DNA of 59,213 nucleotides, from contig JAQIBN010000082.1 of the NCBI GenBank assembly GCA_027859095.1, positions 1-59,213 of the forward strand, given 5' to 3'. Position numbers and translations under genes: made by a program. The DNA comes from Spirochaetia bacterium. Its GTDB lineage: Bacteria > Spirochaetota > Spirochaetia > B11-G9. This document shows positions 45,629 through 55,532 of this stretch, in pieces. The first letter of the stretch is position 1, and each line of letters opens with the position of its first letter. The notes beneath the pieces were generated by a model. That model saw only the letters and a program-made list of their open reading frames with translations, was not told where the DNA came from and did no database searches.

Positions 45629-45961
45629 TTATTGCTCCTTTTTATCAGGATACATTGTTATAAACTTTGTGTTTCCTGTTTCAGATTCTATCAACCAAAT
45701 AGTACAAATTGCAATACTATTATTGTTTGGCCCTAATAGATTACCTCTTATCTCATAGAGTTGACCATATGGTGTATCTTCAATATAACTGGCATCATTT
45801 CGTAATATTTGCTTTTTTAAATCATTTTCTAATATTTTCCAATTACCAGCTTTGTATCCGGCTTTTGCTAACCATTGGGATTTATCATTTCGCTTTTTAA
45901 AAACTAACAAATATTTTGTAAACTTCTCCTTCGGAATAATTACTTTATCAGTAAGTTTCAT
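45629..45961 (-). CDS. DUF6883-like protein (putative toxin-like partner of DUF4926)
   Basis: Approx 110 aa counted from MKLTDKVIIPKEKFTKYLL... The pattern KF..YLL...DKS..L.AGY is typical of the small proteins usually paired with DUF4926. The longest ORF extends to 46018. Confidence 0.55.
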   Translation of the reverse strand: MKLTDKVIIPKEKFTKYLLVFKKRNDKSQWLAKAGYKAGNWKILENDLKKQILRNDASYIEDTPYGQLYEIRGNLLGPNNNSIAICTIWLIESETGNTKFITMYPDKKEQ

Positions 45962-46064
45962 TATTAAATTATGAAAGATTATTTTAGAATTTGCAAGGCA
46001 AAATCTACCATTCCACAAAAATGGCTTTAACAGATATCAAAAAAATGGGATGGAGTTGCCTGAC

Positions 46065-46104
46065 CCCTTTATTAGGACGCAATTCATTGCGTCCTAATAA
46101 AGGG
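46065..46104. terminator. 19-bp perfect-stem hairpin downstream of ackA
   Basis: CCCTTTATTAGGACGCAAT-tc-ATTGCGTCCTAATAAAGGG, 16 nt past the ackA stop. No adjacent U-tract on the minus strand, so terminator function is inferred from position only. Confidence 0.55.
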
Positions 46105-46119
46105 AAAACGCCCTAAATA

Positions 46120-47454
46120 TTAAGAAATCTTAGCTAAAATATCGGCCAATGCAGGATTCTTTTTTATATCTCGTTTTAACCCATCAGCACGAACCGCATT
46201 TACATAATCTTTACTCTGGAAAGAATATGTAAACTTTGTATGTACATCATAAGTTCCTTCTACAAGGGCAACTGCATCTTCAGTCATTACTAGTTCTTCA
46301 TCTGTAGGTATAACAAATACTTTTGTTTTGGAGCCTTCACCTGTAATATCAGTTTCTGCATTTCTCGTTCTTGAGTTCATACTCTTTTCTGGATTTGTAA
46401 CAATTCCAAGGTTATCCAGGCCTTCCAGCACTTTTGTTCGAATTAAGGGAGCCATTTCACCTACACCGGCAGTAAATACAAGTGCATCTACTCTGCCAAG
46501 AGCCGCAGCATAGGAACCAATATATTTTTTTAGGCGGTATACTTCCATGTCCATTGCAAGTTTAGCTCTGTGATCACCTTCTTCTGCTGCTTTCTGGATA
46601 TCTCTTCTATCAATATACTTTCCTGATATCCCAAGAACACCACTTTTTTTATTTAATGCTTTTTCAATTTCATCTGCACTCAGTTCTGTTTTATTCATTA
46701 GATAAAATACAATAGCAGGATCAAAATCACCGCTTCTGGTTCCCATAATAAGACCTTCAAGGGGAGTTAATCCCATAGAAGTATCTATAGAAACACCATT
46801 TTTAACAGCGCAGATACTGGCTCCATTACCAATATGACAAATAATAACATTCATATCTGATGGTTTTTTATTTAGGAGAACTGCAGCTCTTTTTGACACG
46901 TATAGAAATGAAGTTCCATGATAACCATATCTACGAACATTGTAGTTTTCGTACCATTCATATGGTAGAGCATACATGTATGCTTTTTCCGGCATAGTCT
47001 GATGCCATGCTGTATCCATAATTGCACATTGTGGAACTCCTGGCATTACTGCCATTGCTGCTTCAATACCCTGGATATTTGCAGGGTTATGCAGGGGAGC
47101 CAAATCTGAAACTTCTTTGAAGGTATTAAGTGCTTCGTCATCAATTATAAGGGATTTATTAAACTTTTCTCCACCCTGTACAACTCTATGGCCCACAGCC
47201 TTTATTTCACTCATGTCCTTAATGGCTCCAACATTCTTATCCAGAATAGTTTCCATTATTAACTGAATTGCCTCTGTATGATTTGTACATGTCTGATCTT
47301 TTGTGTATGTTTCCTCACCTGTTCTGTTGTGTTCTATAGCAGAATTGTCGCCAACCCTTTCAACTAGTCCGCTTGCGAGAACCTCTTTATTTTTCCAGTC
47401 ATATACCTGATATTTCACGGACGAACTACCGCAGTTAAGTGTTAAAATTGTCAT
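46120..47454 (-). CDS. ackA: Acetate kinase (with an approx 40-45 aa C-terminal extension)
   Basis: 444 aa. Contains [31 protein letters not shown] and VFTAGVGE. Sequence continues beyond the usual IPTDEELVM end. Confidence 0.9.
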   Translation of the reverse strand: MTILTLNCGSSSVKYQVYDWKNKEVLASGLVERVGDNSAIEHNRTGEETYTKDQTCTNHTEAIQLIMETILDKNVGAIKDMSEIKAVGHRVVQGGEKFNKSLIIDDEALNTFKEVSDLAPLHNPANIQGIEAAMAVMPGVPQCAIMDTAWHQTMPEKAYMYALPYEWYENYNVRRYGYHGTSFLYVSKRAAVLLNKKPSDMNVIICHIGNGASICAVKNGVSIDTSMGLTPLEGLIMGTRSGDFDPAIVFYLMNKTELSADEIEKALNKKSGVLGISGKYIDRRDIQKAAEEGDHRAKLAMDMEVYRLKKYIGSYAAALGRVDALVFTAGVGEMAPLIRTKVLEGLDNLGIVTNPEKSMNSRTRNAETDITGEGSKTKVFVIPTDEELVMTEDAVALVEGTYDVHTKFTYSFQSKDYVNAVRADGLKRDIKKNPALADILAKIS

Positions 47455-47466
47455 AATATCTCCTTT

Positions 47467-47584
47467 GGTTGCATAGCCGAGCAGGGACGAAGTCCCGACC
47501 AGGCTTTGGTTGCTGAGATCGTTCCTCAGGACTTCGTCCTTCCGGTACGACTCATAGCCGAGCAGGGACGAAGTCCCGACCAGG
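47467..47584 (+). repeat. Three tandem approx 42-nt units of the GC-rich dispersed repeat (copies E1-E3)
   Basis: E1 (47467-47503) and E3 (47551-47584) carry an identical CATAGCCGAGCAGGGACGAAGTCCCGACCAGGC core. The middle unit keeps the GGAC/GTCC stem, but its loop reads TTC instead of GAA. Confidence 0.8.
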
Positions 47585-47736
47585 CCTAAGTTGTAATGGC
47601 GATTAAATGATGATTATTGACTGGTTTGTACAGGAAGTAAAGGAAAAAACAACAAAATATTTAACAAAACATAAAAAATTTCATTTTTTTTGTAAATACT
47701 AAAAGTAAAAAAGTAAAAATACCCCTAATAGTAATT

Positions 47737-49014
47737 ATGCAGTTAAAAAATATTATTATTTTTTATTTTATGATGATAATTCACGGTACTTTTCTGTTTG
47801 CTATTGAGATAGACAGCAAACTTGACAATAGTCTTTTTATTACAAGAGGAATATATACTAACCTGGAAAATTCCTTTTGCTTCATAAGTGCTTTGAAAAC
47901 TGAAAGTTCTGAAATAAATACGGATTTTTCTTTTGAAAATAATTTCATAAAAATTGGCAGGGTACAAAGACTGGGAATTTGGAGAGAGCTTTATAATCCT
48001 CTTGGAGTTTCTGCTAATTCTGATTTGTTTAAGGAAACTATTGGATTTAGTAAAAATTATTCATTATATTCGGGAGGCCTTTATGGTTTTTCAATGGATT
48101 TGGAAGAGGGTACAGGATTTAGCTTTCTTTTTCCTGATAATCCATGGTTAGGAGGGAACTATACAATTTCATTGGATCCTTTTCTAATAAGAGTGTTTGC
48201 TTCAGTTTCCGGTGCTCTGAAAACTTCATCAGATGACTGGACAAGTACTTATTCCATTATTCCAGAAACTAATCCTATTCATATAGGACTTAATACTATC
48301 ATTAAATGGGATAATTTTAATATTGATTATTTGGGAACGCTTTCCGGTAGCAGTACATACAAGTCAGGAATATATAATCGATTATTTTTAGAATTATATA
48401 TGGGTAAACTGAGTATTAAAAGCTATGGAGGAATTACCAGTCCTTATTTTATCAGCACAGGTGTAAAACTGGTAGAAAAGAGGTATTTGTTAAGTTCCTG
48501 GATTGAGCTTCGTCCTTTTAGGTACTGGGAAACTACAGTTAAAGCAGAATATAGTGAAGATCATATTCCTGTGATTCCAGTTTCTTATATTCAAACTTCC
48601 GGGAGTACATTCTTTAAACTAAAATATGATAACTCGAAATTTATTTTTAGAACTGAGCTTGGACAGAAATTTGATTTTGACAATTACGGAACTGAGTCTC
48701 TGGAAAATATTTTTGATGTAAGACTGGGGTTTTACAGCAAATTATCTCTATTTATTGACTATGGTTTTTCTTTTGATTTTGAATCCATAATTGAACGAAA
48801 AATTGAACTTAACTTTAAGGGTAATCTTAAAAAAACAGATGTGGAAATTGTTCTTAAACACAATGAGACAATTTATGAACCTACTTATGAAAATATTTTG
48901 AGGTTTAGATTGGATCAGGAATTTAGGAATGGGTCTGTATTCTTTAAGCTTGAGGTAGGGGAGGATTTTCAGCTTGAAGTTTTTTCAATAGGGTTTAAAA
49001 CAAATTTAGATTGA
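47737..49014 (+). CDS. Hypothetical secreted protein, possibly an outer-membrane beta-barrel
   Basis: 425 aa. Has an N-terminal signal-like segment and alternating aromatic/hydrophilic strand-like periodicity throughout. It is the first gene of the co-directional T2SS-like cluster and overlaps the next gene by 4 nt. Confidence 0.4.
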   Translation: MQLKNIIIFYFMMIIHGTFLFAIEIDSKLDNSLFITRGIYTNLENSFCFISALKTESSEINTDFSFENNFIKIGRVQRLGIWRELYNPLGVSANSDLFKETIGFSKNYSLYSGGLYGFSMDLEEGTGFSFLFPDNPWLGGNYTISLDPFLIRVFASVSGALKTSSDDWTSTYSIIPETNPIHIGLNTIIKWDNFNIDYLGTLSGSSTYKSGIYNRLFLELYMGKLSIKSYGGITSPYFISTGVKLVEKRYLLSSWIELRPFRYWETTVKAEYSEDHIPVIPVSYIQTSGSTFFKLKYDNSKFIFRTELGQKFDFDNYGTESLENIFDVRLGFYSKLSLFIDYGFSFDFESIIERKIELNFKGNLKKTDVEIVLKHNETIYEPTYENILRFRLDQEFRNGSVFFKLEVGEDFQLEVFSIGFKTNLD

Positions 49015-49478
49015 TTTGGAGTAATTGTATGGAATATTTAATGGTCATTCTATTTTTAGTATTTTCAATTCCAGCCTGCATAATAGATATCAAACAAAAG
49101 AGGATTCCTGACTGGACTGTTTTTTCCGGAGTGACTGTAATTATTGCTTTTAGACTACTTATTTTAGGTGATCTTATTAAAATAATACTACTTGAATTGA
49201 TATCTGCACCTCTAATATTTATTGGAATCAGATCTATTACAAAGGGGAAACTTGGAATGGGTGATGTTAAATTTGCAGCCCTGATGGCTATTTATATTGG
49301 ATTCCCGGGTTGGTTTATTGCTACTGGGGTAGCCTCCCTTTTGGGGCTGTTATTTGCAGTATTAGGTTTATTCTCCGGAAGGTTAAATAGAAATACCAGG
49401 ATTCCTTTTGCTCCCTTTTTAACAGTTGGAAGTATTGGTGCATACTTTGTAAATTACGATATTTTACTAAATATTTAG
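49011..49478 (+). CDS. Short A24-family prepilin peptidase (no N-terminal methyltransferase domain)
   Basis: 149-155 aa. First catalytic Asp context is IDIKQKRIPD and the second is GMGDVKF (GxGD). Size resembles TadV/CpaA-type peptidases. The start may instead be the ATG at 49029. Confidence 0.8.
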   Translation: MIWSNCMEYLMVILFLVFSIPACIIDIKQKRIPDWTVFSGVTVIIAFRLLILGDLIKIILLELISAPLIFIGIRSITKGKLGMGDVKFAALMAIYIGFPGWFIATGVASLLGLLFAVLGLFSGRLNRNTRIPFAPFLTVGSIGAYFVNYDILLNI

Positions 49479-49489
49479 GTTTGGATGTA

Positions 49490-51652
49490 ATGAAAAAAAA
49501 CTGGTTCGTCTTACTTTTAATGTTTCTCATTTTCTCAGTGTCTGCTCAGGAGATAAAGCAGATGGAATTTGTAAACCAGTCAATAAAGGATATTCTTTTT
49601 ACTTTGGCGCAAACTATAGGAACATCTATCATTGCTGATGATACTGTGGAGGGACAAGCATCATATCATTTTAGTGATACGAACCTTGATATTGCTTTAG
49701 AGCATTTTCTTTCCCACTATGACCTCTATTTCTGGAAAAAAGACGGAATCTATTATGTGTCGAAGGTTATGGTGAAATATAATGAAAACACTGGCGCTTT
49801 AACACTGTTTGCAAAAGATGTGGAACCACGATTGATTTTTGAAAAGATATCAAAAGAGATAAAGTCTACTATTCTTTTTGATGCACTTCCCCGGGAGCGG
49901 TTAACAGTAAATGCTGATGGCTTGCCGGTTGGCCAGGTAATTGAGATTGTAATGCACCGTTTTAATGATTATGAGGTTGAAGATCTTGAAGACTACTACT
50001 ATGTAAAAAAACGACCTTCGGAAGGTCGCTCTTCCCCGAGGGGTGCTGCTGATACAATTACAGAGGAGAATGGTCTTTTTTCAATTTCTGCTGATTCCAT
50101 ACGTCTGACAGATGTACTCTCAAAGCTTTTTTCAGAATCAGGGACTGAGTATTCAATGATGAAAAGAGGAGACTTTGTCCTTGAAAATATCCATTTCAAA
50201 GATAAATCTTTTGATGAATTACTTCGTCTTGTTTTGGAACTCTCTGATGGAGATTTTACTGTACGCAATCATATTTATTACATATTCGATGTTTCAAAAA
50301 ACGAGATTATGAAGAAGATGGATGATATTGCATTTGTGAAGCTGAATAATATTCCTGTAGAACTGCTTCCCTCTTTGTTCCCGGCAGGGCTTGCGAGTTC
50401 ATCCATTTTCAAAATAGACAAGGATAATAATGCAATTATTCTTTCGGGCACTTACGAGGAAACAACTCCGGTCAGAGAATTTATTACAAAACTGGAAGCA
50501 GAATATGAGGATAAGCAGGTATCAAAACTTGATCTCTCCTTTCTTACTGTGGATGAGCTGTTAAAGCTGCTTCCAGCAAGATTACAAAAGCTTCAGGTCT
50601 TTCGGACAGGGAACCAGCGTACACTGATCCTTGAAGCGACAGAAGAGCAGATAGATGATTTTATTTCTTTTGCACATATGATGGACATTCATGGCGGGGG
50701 TCTTGCTGTTCCTCTGAAGTATATAAGAGCCGAAGATTTATTGAAGAATATTCCTCCATCTATTAGCGAAAATGATATTGTTAAATCAGCCGATCCGAAC
50801 CTGATTTTTTTTAAGGGTTCTAAAGAAAAGCTGGATCTATTTCTTAAAGATCTTGAATATATTGACAAACCCATTTCTCAGATCAGGTATGAACTTCTTA
50901 TTGTACAGTATCAGGAAAGTAAGAATAAAGAGTTTGGTATTACAATCGGAAATGAGATAATGCAGGAAGGAGCTCAAACTTCCATCCTTGGGACTCTTGG
51001 TAATCTTATTAACCTGAATCTTGATATAGTAAGCACCTTTGGGTATCTCTTTGCTATTGATTTGAATGCCAAGATAAGTGATTCAGAAGCAAGGATCATG
51101 GCTGACACTACTCTAAATGGTCTTACCGGAGAAGATATAAGTTTTCAAAATACAAATACCTACAGATACAGGGATATGGAAATTGATCCTGATACAGGAG
51201 AAGCTCAGTCGACGGGGGTGACCCGTGAAATTACGTCCGGTCTTATTGTCAGTATTAACGGTTGGGTTTCTGGTGATGATATGATAACTATGGATATAAA
51301 ATCCACTGTTTCAAAGAGAGGAGCAGATGTTTCTTCTTCCACAGGGAACCCTCCTCCCACTTCAGAGAAGGTAATCAGTACCCACGTCCGCACTCCCTCA
51401 GGGAAGCCTGTGATAATTAGCGGACTTCTTCAACAGGAAAGAGATGTAATCCTTCAGAAAACTCCCTTTCTTAGCAGTATTCCACTTCTGGGATGGCTCT
51501 TTACAAGTGAAGTAGAGACATCCACTAACACGGAAATGATTATATATATCGTTCCCTATATCGAGTACCCGGAGAGGGAGAGGATAACAGGCGACAAAAT
51601 CTTTAAAGAATACTATGAAAATTTCTTCCAGGAAAAGACTGTATGGAACTGA
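49490..51652 (+). CDS. gspD: Secretin (GspD/PilQ family)
   Basis: About 720 aa with signal peptide MKKNWFVLLLMFLIFSVSAQE. The C-terminal secretin domain includes ...VISGLLQQE...KTPFLSSIPLLGWLF... Confidence 0.85.
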   Translation: MKKNWFVLLLMFLIFSVSAQEIKQMEFVNQSIKDILFTLAQTIGTSIIADDTVEGQASYHFSDTNLDIALEHFLSHYDLYFWKKDGIYYVSKVMVKYNENTGALTLFAKDVEPRLIFEKISKEIKSTILFDALPRERLTVNADGLPVGQVIEIVMHRFNDYEVEDLEDYYYVKKRPSEGRSSPRGAADTITEENGLFSISADSIRLTDVLSKLFSESGTEYSMMKRGDFVLENIHFKDKSFDELLRLVLELSDGDFTVRNHIYYIFDVSKNEIMKKMDDIAFVKLNNIPVELLPSLFPAGLASSSIFKIDKDNNAIILSGTYEETTPVREFITKLEAEYEDKQVSKLDLSFLTVDELLKLLPARLQKLQVFRTGNQRTLILEATEEQIDDFISFAHMMDIHGGGLAVPLKYIRAEDLLKNIPPSISENDIVKSADPNLIFFKGSKEKLDLFLKDLEYIDKPISQIRYELLIVQYQESKNKEFGITIGNEIMQEGAQTSILGTLGNLINLNLDIVSTFGYLFAIDLNAKISDSEARIMADTTLNGLTGEDISFQNTNTYRYRDMEIDPDTGEAQSTGVTREITSGLIVSINGWVSGDDMITMDIKSTVSKRGADVSSSTGNPPPTSEKVISTHVRTPSGKPVIISGLLQQERDVILQKTPFLSSIPLLGWLFTSEVETSTNTEMIIYIVPYIEYPERERITGDKIFKEYYENFFQEKTVWN

Positions 51653-53169
51653 CAGAGAATTCCGTACTAATTTCAGATTTTCTGCCTCTTCCTGATGATA
51701 AAAATCAATATAGCTCAAACTTTACCCAGGCCCATTCAGCTGTTGTTTTAAAGAGTGATGATATTTCTGTTACTATCGGTATTTGTAACTCTGACAACCT
51801 TGAGTTGAAGGAAATACTCTCACATTTTCATGATAAGAAAATTATATACAAACGAATTGATCATGATGAACTGTCAGAATACCTTGGAAAACTTCATGGC
51901 GGGCTCGATGATCAGAATCTTCCAGCTTCTTCTTCAGTCAATGAAAAACTGCTCCTTGACAAGATTGCCAATGATGCACCTATAATCAATTTTGTTAACA
52001 GCACTATTATTGAAGGGATTCGAAAAAGAGCATCGGATATCCATATTGAAGCTTTTACCAATACTGTAAAGGTTCGCTACCGGATTGACGGAGTCCTTCA
52101 GACAGTCAAACAGATATCTCCTTCAATGTTTCCGGCGGTATCATCCCGGATCAAAATTATGTCAAACCTGAATATTATGGAACGAAGGCTTCCTCAGGAC
52201 GGCAGAACATCGGTCCAGCTGGGTGAGGACAGCCAGGATATTCGTGTTTCCATTGTTCCCACTGCCCGAGGTGAATCTATTGTTCTTAGACTATTAAATA
52301 GAAAAAGTACACTCATAGGACTTGATGTAATAGGCCTTCGGAATGAGGGGCTTGTCGATGTAAGAGAAATGCTTAAAACTCCATTTGGTCTGATTCTTGC
52401 AACCGGCCCTACCGGAAGCGGGAAAACTACAACCTTAAACTCTATGCTCCGTGAGATGGATAGTGAAAGGCAAAAGATTATAACTATAGAAGATCCTATT
52501 GAATATGTGATAGACGGTATTGATCAGATTCAAACTAATGAAGCCATAGGGCTAACTTTTTCTACTATTCTGAAACGTATTCTCCGACAGGATCCGAATA
52601 TTATTATGGTTGGTGAGATAAGAGACTCAGAAACTGCTAATCTTTGTATCCGGGCTGCTTTAACAGGGCACCTGGTTCTTTCAACACTGCATACAAATGA
52701 TTCTGTCTCTGTAATTGACAGACTCCATGATATGGGAGTGGAGCCTTTTATGATTGCGGCAGTGTTGAAGACAGCCATGGCACAGCGCTTAGTAAGACGT
52801 CTATGCCCTTCTTGTAGAGTAAAAAGAAAGATTAGTCCGATAGAGAAGGAGTTTTTCAGAGAAACCGAAAGTATCCCAGGGCTGGTCGCAAACAAGTTTG
52901 CTGCTCGCCCATGCATCCCTGAATATATTTTTGAGCCAGGAGGATGTGATAACTGTGATGGTACAGGATATCATGGGCGGACACTTATACATGAGTATTT
53001 CTCCTGGGATGAAGAGATCGAGCGACTAATTGTAGCCGGCGCTAAACACTCAGAGATAAAAGCATATTTGAAAAAAACAGGAATGGTTACTTTATTTGAA
53101 GATGGTCTTGAAAAAATAAAAGAGGGGCTTACTACCCTTGCTGAACTTGATCTGGTAATGACAGTCTGA
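51643..53169 (+). CDS. gspE: Type II secretion/type IV pilus assembly ATPase (GspE/PilB family)
   Basis: 508 aa. Walker A GPTGSGKTT, Asp box, Walker B IIMVGEIRD, His box LSTLHTND and the tetracysteine motif CPSC...CDNC. Confidence 0.9.
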   Translation: MELTENSVLISDFLPLPDDKNQYSSNFTQAHSAVVLKSDDISVTIGICNSDNLELKEILSHFHDKKIIYKRIDHDELSEYLGKLHGGLDDQNLPASSSVNEKLLLDKIANDAPIINFVNSTIIEGIRKRASDIHIEAFTNTVKVRYRIDGVLQTVKQISPSMFPAVSSRIKIMSNLNIMERRLPQDGRTSVQLGEDSQDIRVSIVPTARGESIVLRLLNRKSTLIGLDVIGLRNEGLVDVREMLKTPFGLILATGPTGSGKTTTLNSMLREMDSERQKIITIEDPIEYVIDGIDQIQTNEAIGLTFSTILKRILRQDPNIIMVGEIRDSETANLCIRAALTGHLVLSTLHTNDSVSVIDRLHDMGVEPFMIAAVLKTAMAQRLVRRLCPSCRVKRKISPIEKEFFRETESIPGLVANKFAARPCIPEYIFEPGGCDNCDGTGYHGRTLIHEYFSWDEEIERLIVAGAKHSEIKAYLKKTGMVTLFEDGLEKIKEGLTTLAELDLVMTV

Positions 53170-54380
53170 TGAACAGGTATAAATGCACAGTTTCTGATAA
53201 AAACGGGAAAATACTTAAGTTTATCAGGCCTGGGAGCTCTCCTGCAACAGTTCAGGCAGAACTTCAAAAGGAAGATTACTTTCCAATTTCCATTCGGGAC
53301 CAGGGTGGAAAAAGCACTAGAAGACAAGTTCGCAGCTCAAGGACTAAACCATCGACAATTGCTGAATTTACAGCTCTGTTATCTATGCTTCTAGATTCAG
53401 GTCTTAGTGTAAAAGATGGGCTTGAGATCTTAAAATCTATTACTAAGGATATTAAAGTTAACGCTCTGGTCTGGGCAATAGAAAAAGACCTGAAGGCCGG
53501 CTCTTCATTCTATTCCAGTATAAGGAATATAGGACCATCTTTGCCCGTTATTTATTCGAGTATGGTGAAAGTAGGTGAAACAACCGGAGATCTGGCCTTT
53601 GTGTTTCGAAAGATAAATAATTATCTTATCAGACAGAAAAAAATACGTGAAAAGCTTGTAAGTTCATTGATCTATCCTGTTATTGTATTGCTTGTTGCCG
53701 TATTAAGCATGATCCTTATTTCTACATTTATCATACCTAAAATATCGGAAATGTTTATCGATTTGGGTTCCGGTGTTCCGGATGAGGTTAAACAGACCCT
53801 TTCATTTTCCAGGGGTATTTTTACTGTTTTTCTTATTATAATTCCACTTATCGCAATATCAGGTTTTTGCATATCTGTTATAAGGAAACGAAACAGTAAT
53901 TTTGCCTGTACTATCGATTGGTTAAAACTGAAAATCCCCTTTATCGGATCTTTCAGTGAAGATAATATTTTCTTAAACATTCTGTTTACTTTTGATGCAC
54001 TAACGTCCTGTGGTGTGACTGTAGAAGATGCTTTAGACGAAGTAACTTCTAATGCTGATAATACTGCTGTTAGAGAAGCGCTGAATAAGGCTCATGAAAA
54101 GGTCCTTAGGGGTATTAGTCTATCAGAGGCTCTTGGCTATGAAAAGATTATTCCAACCCGGATTACGAAATGGATTGCAGTTGGTGAGAGGACCGGTAGT
54201 ATGGGGAAAGTTTTTGTTCAGTTGTCGGATTATTATGAAAATGAACTGGAGAAGAAATCGACGAGATTCATGAGTTTTATTGAACCTGCTCTAATAATAT
54301 TTACAGGATTAATAGTTTTTGGAATTGTGATGATGGTAATTATTCCTCTGTTTTCAACATTCGGAACAATACTTGAGTAA
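53169..54380 (+). CDS. gspF: Type II secretion platform protein (GspF/PilC family)
   Basis: 403 aa. Duplicated GspF domains with three TM segments. ATGA overlap with gspE. Confidence 0.9.
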   Translation: MNRYKCTVSDKNGKILKFIRPGSSPATVQAELQKEDYFPISIRDQGGKSTRRQVRSSRTKPSTIAEFTALLSMLLDSGLSVKDGLEILKSITKDIKVNALVWAIEKDLKAGSSFYSSIRNIGPSLPVIYSSMVKVGETTGDLAFVFRKINNYLIRQKKIREKLVSSLIYPVIVLLVAVLSMILISTFIIPKISEMFIDLGSGVPDEVKQTLSFSRGIFTVFLIIIPLIAISGFCISVIRKRNSNFACTIDWLKLKIPFIGSFSEDNIFLNILFTFDALTSCGVTVEDALDEVTSNADNTAVREALNKAHEKVLRGISLSEALGYEKIIPTRITKWIAVGERTGSMGKVFVQLSDYYENELEKKSTRFMSFIEPALIIFTGLIVFGIVMMVIIPLFSTFGTILE

Positions 54381-54398
54381 GGCGGGACAAAGGTTAAA

Positions 54399-55532
54399 GT
54401 GAGAAATGAACTGTTTTCCAGCAATAGCGCCCGGGCAGATAGAAGACTGACCAATTTGTGCAGCAGCAAATCTGTTGATTTGCCCGGGGTAAAGTATAAG
54501 TTTTCCATATTGCCTGACAGACAGATGAGCTTTGTTAAAATACTGGATCTGCCTCCGGCTCCGGAAAATAAACTTCGTGATATGGTTCGTTTTCAGATGT
54601 TGAAAATCTATCCCGGGGACACTGAAGATGTCTCCTTTGATTTCATCTCCTTTAAAACAGATACAGGATGGAAGATTGTTTTATATATCCTAAAGAAAAA
54701 TTATCTGAAAGAAGTTATTGATAATAAAAGGTTTGTGGGTATTGTTCTTCCTCTGCAGCTTCTGTCAAAGAAGGAATTACAAAGCTTATCTGACCTGATT
54801 ATTATTTATCCTGGTATGGTAGAGATATGGAAGTTTGTAAATGGAGTTCCTAAAGAAGTAGAGAGGTATGATCCTGATGAGTTTTCAGTTCAGGATTCAC
54901 TGATCAATGAAAACAAAATATCCGATCCTGAAAAACTTATGATAATTTATCCCTATAATGAAACACCAAAATGGGAAATAAAAAACATCAGGACTAAGAA
55001 ATTTTCTGAAACTCTGGATTTTACCAGTAAGGATGCAATTTATTTCCCTGAATACAGAGTAACAACAAGGGATAGAATAACTGCCCCTATTGTTATTACA
55101 GCTTTTATGCTCTCTCTTGTCCTGTTAAGCCTAACTACATTGAAACACCAGGATTTTATAAGAAAAGAAAGAGAGGTAAATACCTGGATTGAAAGTATCC
55201 AATTAGAGATTGATCAAAATCGTGGGGCTCTGGAGTTAACCGGTAAACTGGAAAATGAGTTAAAAGGGATTAGGGAAGATGCCCCAATTAATGTTTATAA
55301 TCTCCTCCTTCGAACCAGTAAGGCAATAGATTCAGCTACTGATGTATTGTCTTTTGGGTTAAAGGGAGAGGAACTTACCCTTACTCTTAAAAGCATAAGC
55401 GCCCTTAACGATCTTGAGGGTATTAAACTTGCGTTTGGGAATGTACGGGCATCCAATATACGTACTCTGGAAGGTGGTTTTGAGAGTTACACCGTCTGGG
55501 TGGAGATAGACCCAGGGGAGACAAACCCGTGA
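54399..55532 (+). CDS. Bitopic assembly protein, GspL/PilM-PilN-like (tentative)
   Basis: 377 aa with a cytoplasmic N-domain, a single TM helix (ITAPIVITAFMLSLVLLSLTTL) and a coiled periplasmic tail. Its position after gspF suggests this role. Start is uncertain (GTG 54399 with an AAAGG upstream, or ATG 54525). Confidence 0.4.
   Translation: MRNELFSSNSARADRRLTNLCSSKSVDLPGVKYKFSILPDRQMSFVKILDLPPAPENKLRDMVRFQMLKIYPGDTEDVSFDFISFKTDTGWKIVLYILKKNYLKEVIDNKRFVGIVLPLQLLSKKELQSLSDLIIIYPGMVEIWKFVNGVPKEVERYDPDEFSVQDSLINENKISDPEKLMIIYPYNETPKWEIKNIRTKKFSETLDFTSKDAIYFPEYRVTTRDRITAPIVITAFMLSLVLLSLTTLKHQDFIRKEREVNTWIESIQLEIDQNRGALELTGKLENELKGIREDAPINVYNLLLRTSKAIDSATDVLSFGLKGEELTLTLKSISALNDLEGIKLAFGNVRASNIRTLEGGFESYTVWVEIDPGETNP

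Noticed and set aside
47467-47503. tRNA-like fragment or integration site (GCCGAGCAGG resembles the tRNA-Ser/Leu D-arm GCCGAGCGG).
   Set aside because: No acceptor stem, anticodon arm or T-loop (GGTTCGAATCC-type) can be drawn. The similarity is limited to about 9 nt.
47467-47584. Possible CRISPR array (regularly spaced approx 42-nt units).
   Set aside because: There are only about three units. The 'spacers' are themselves part of the repeat. The same element occurs singly at five other loci. No cas genes or leader are present.
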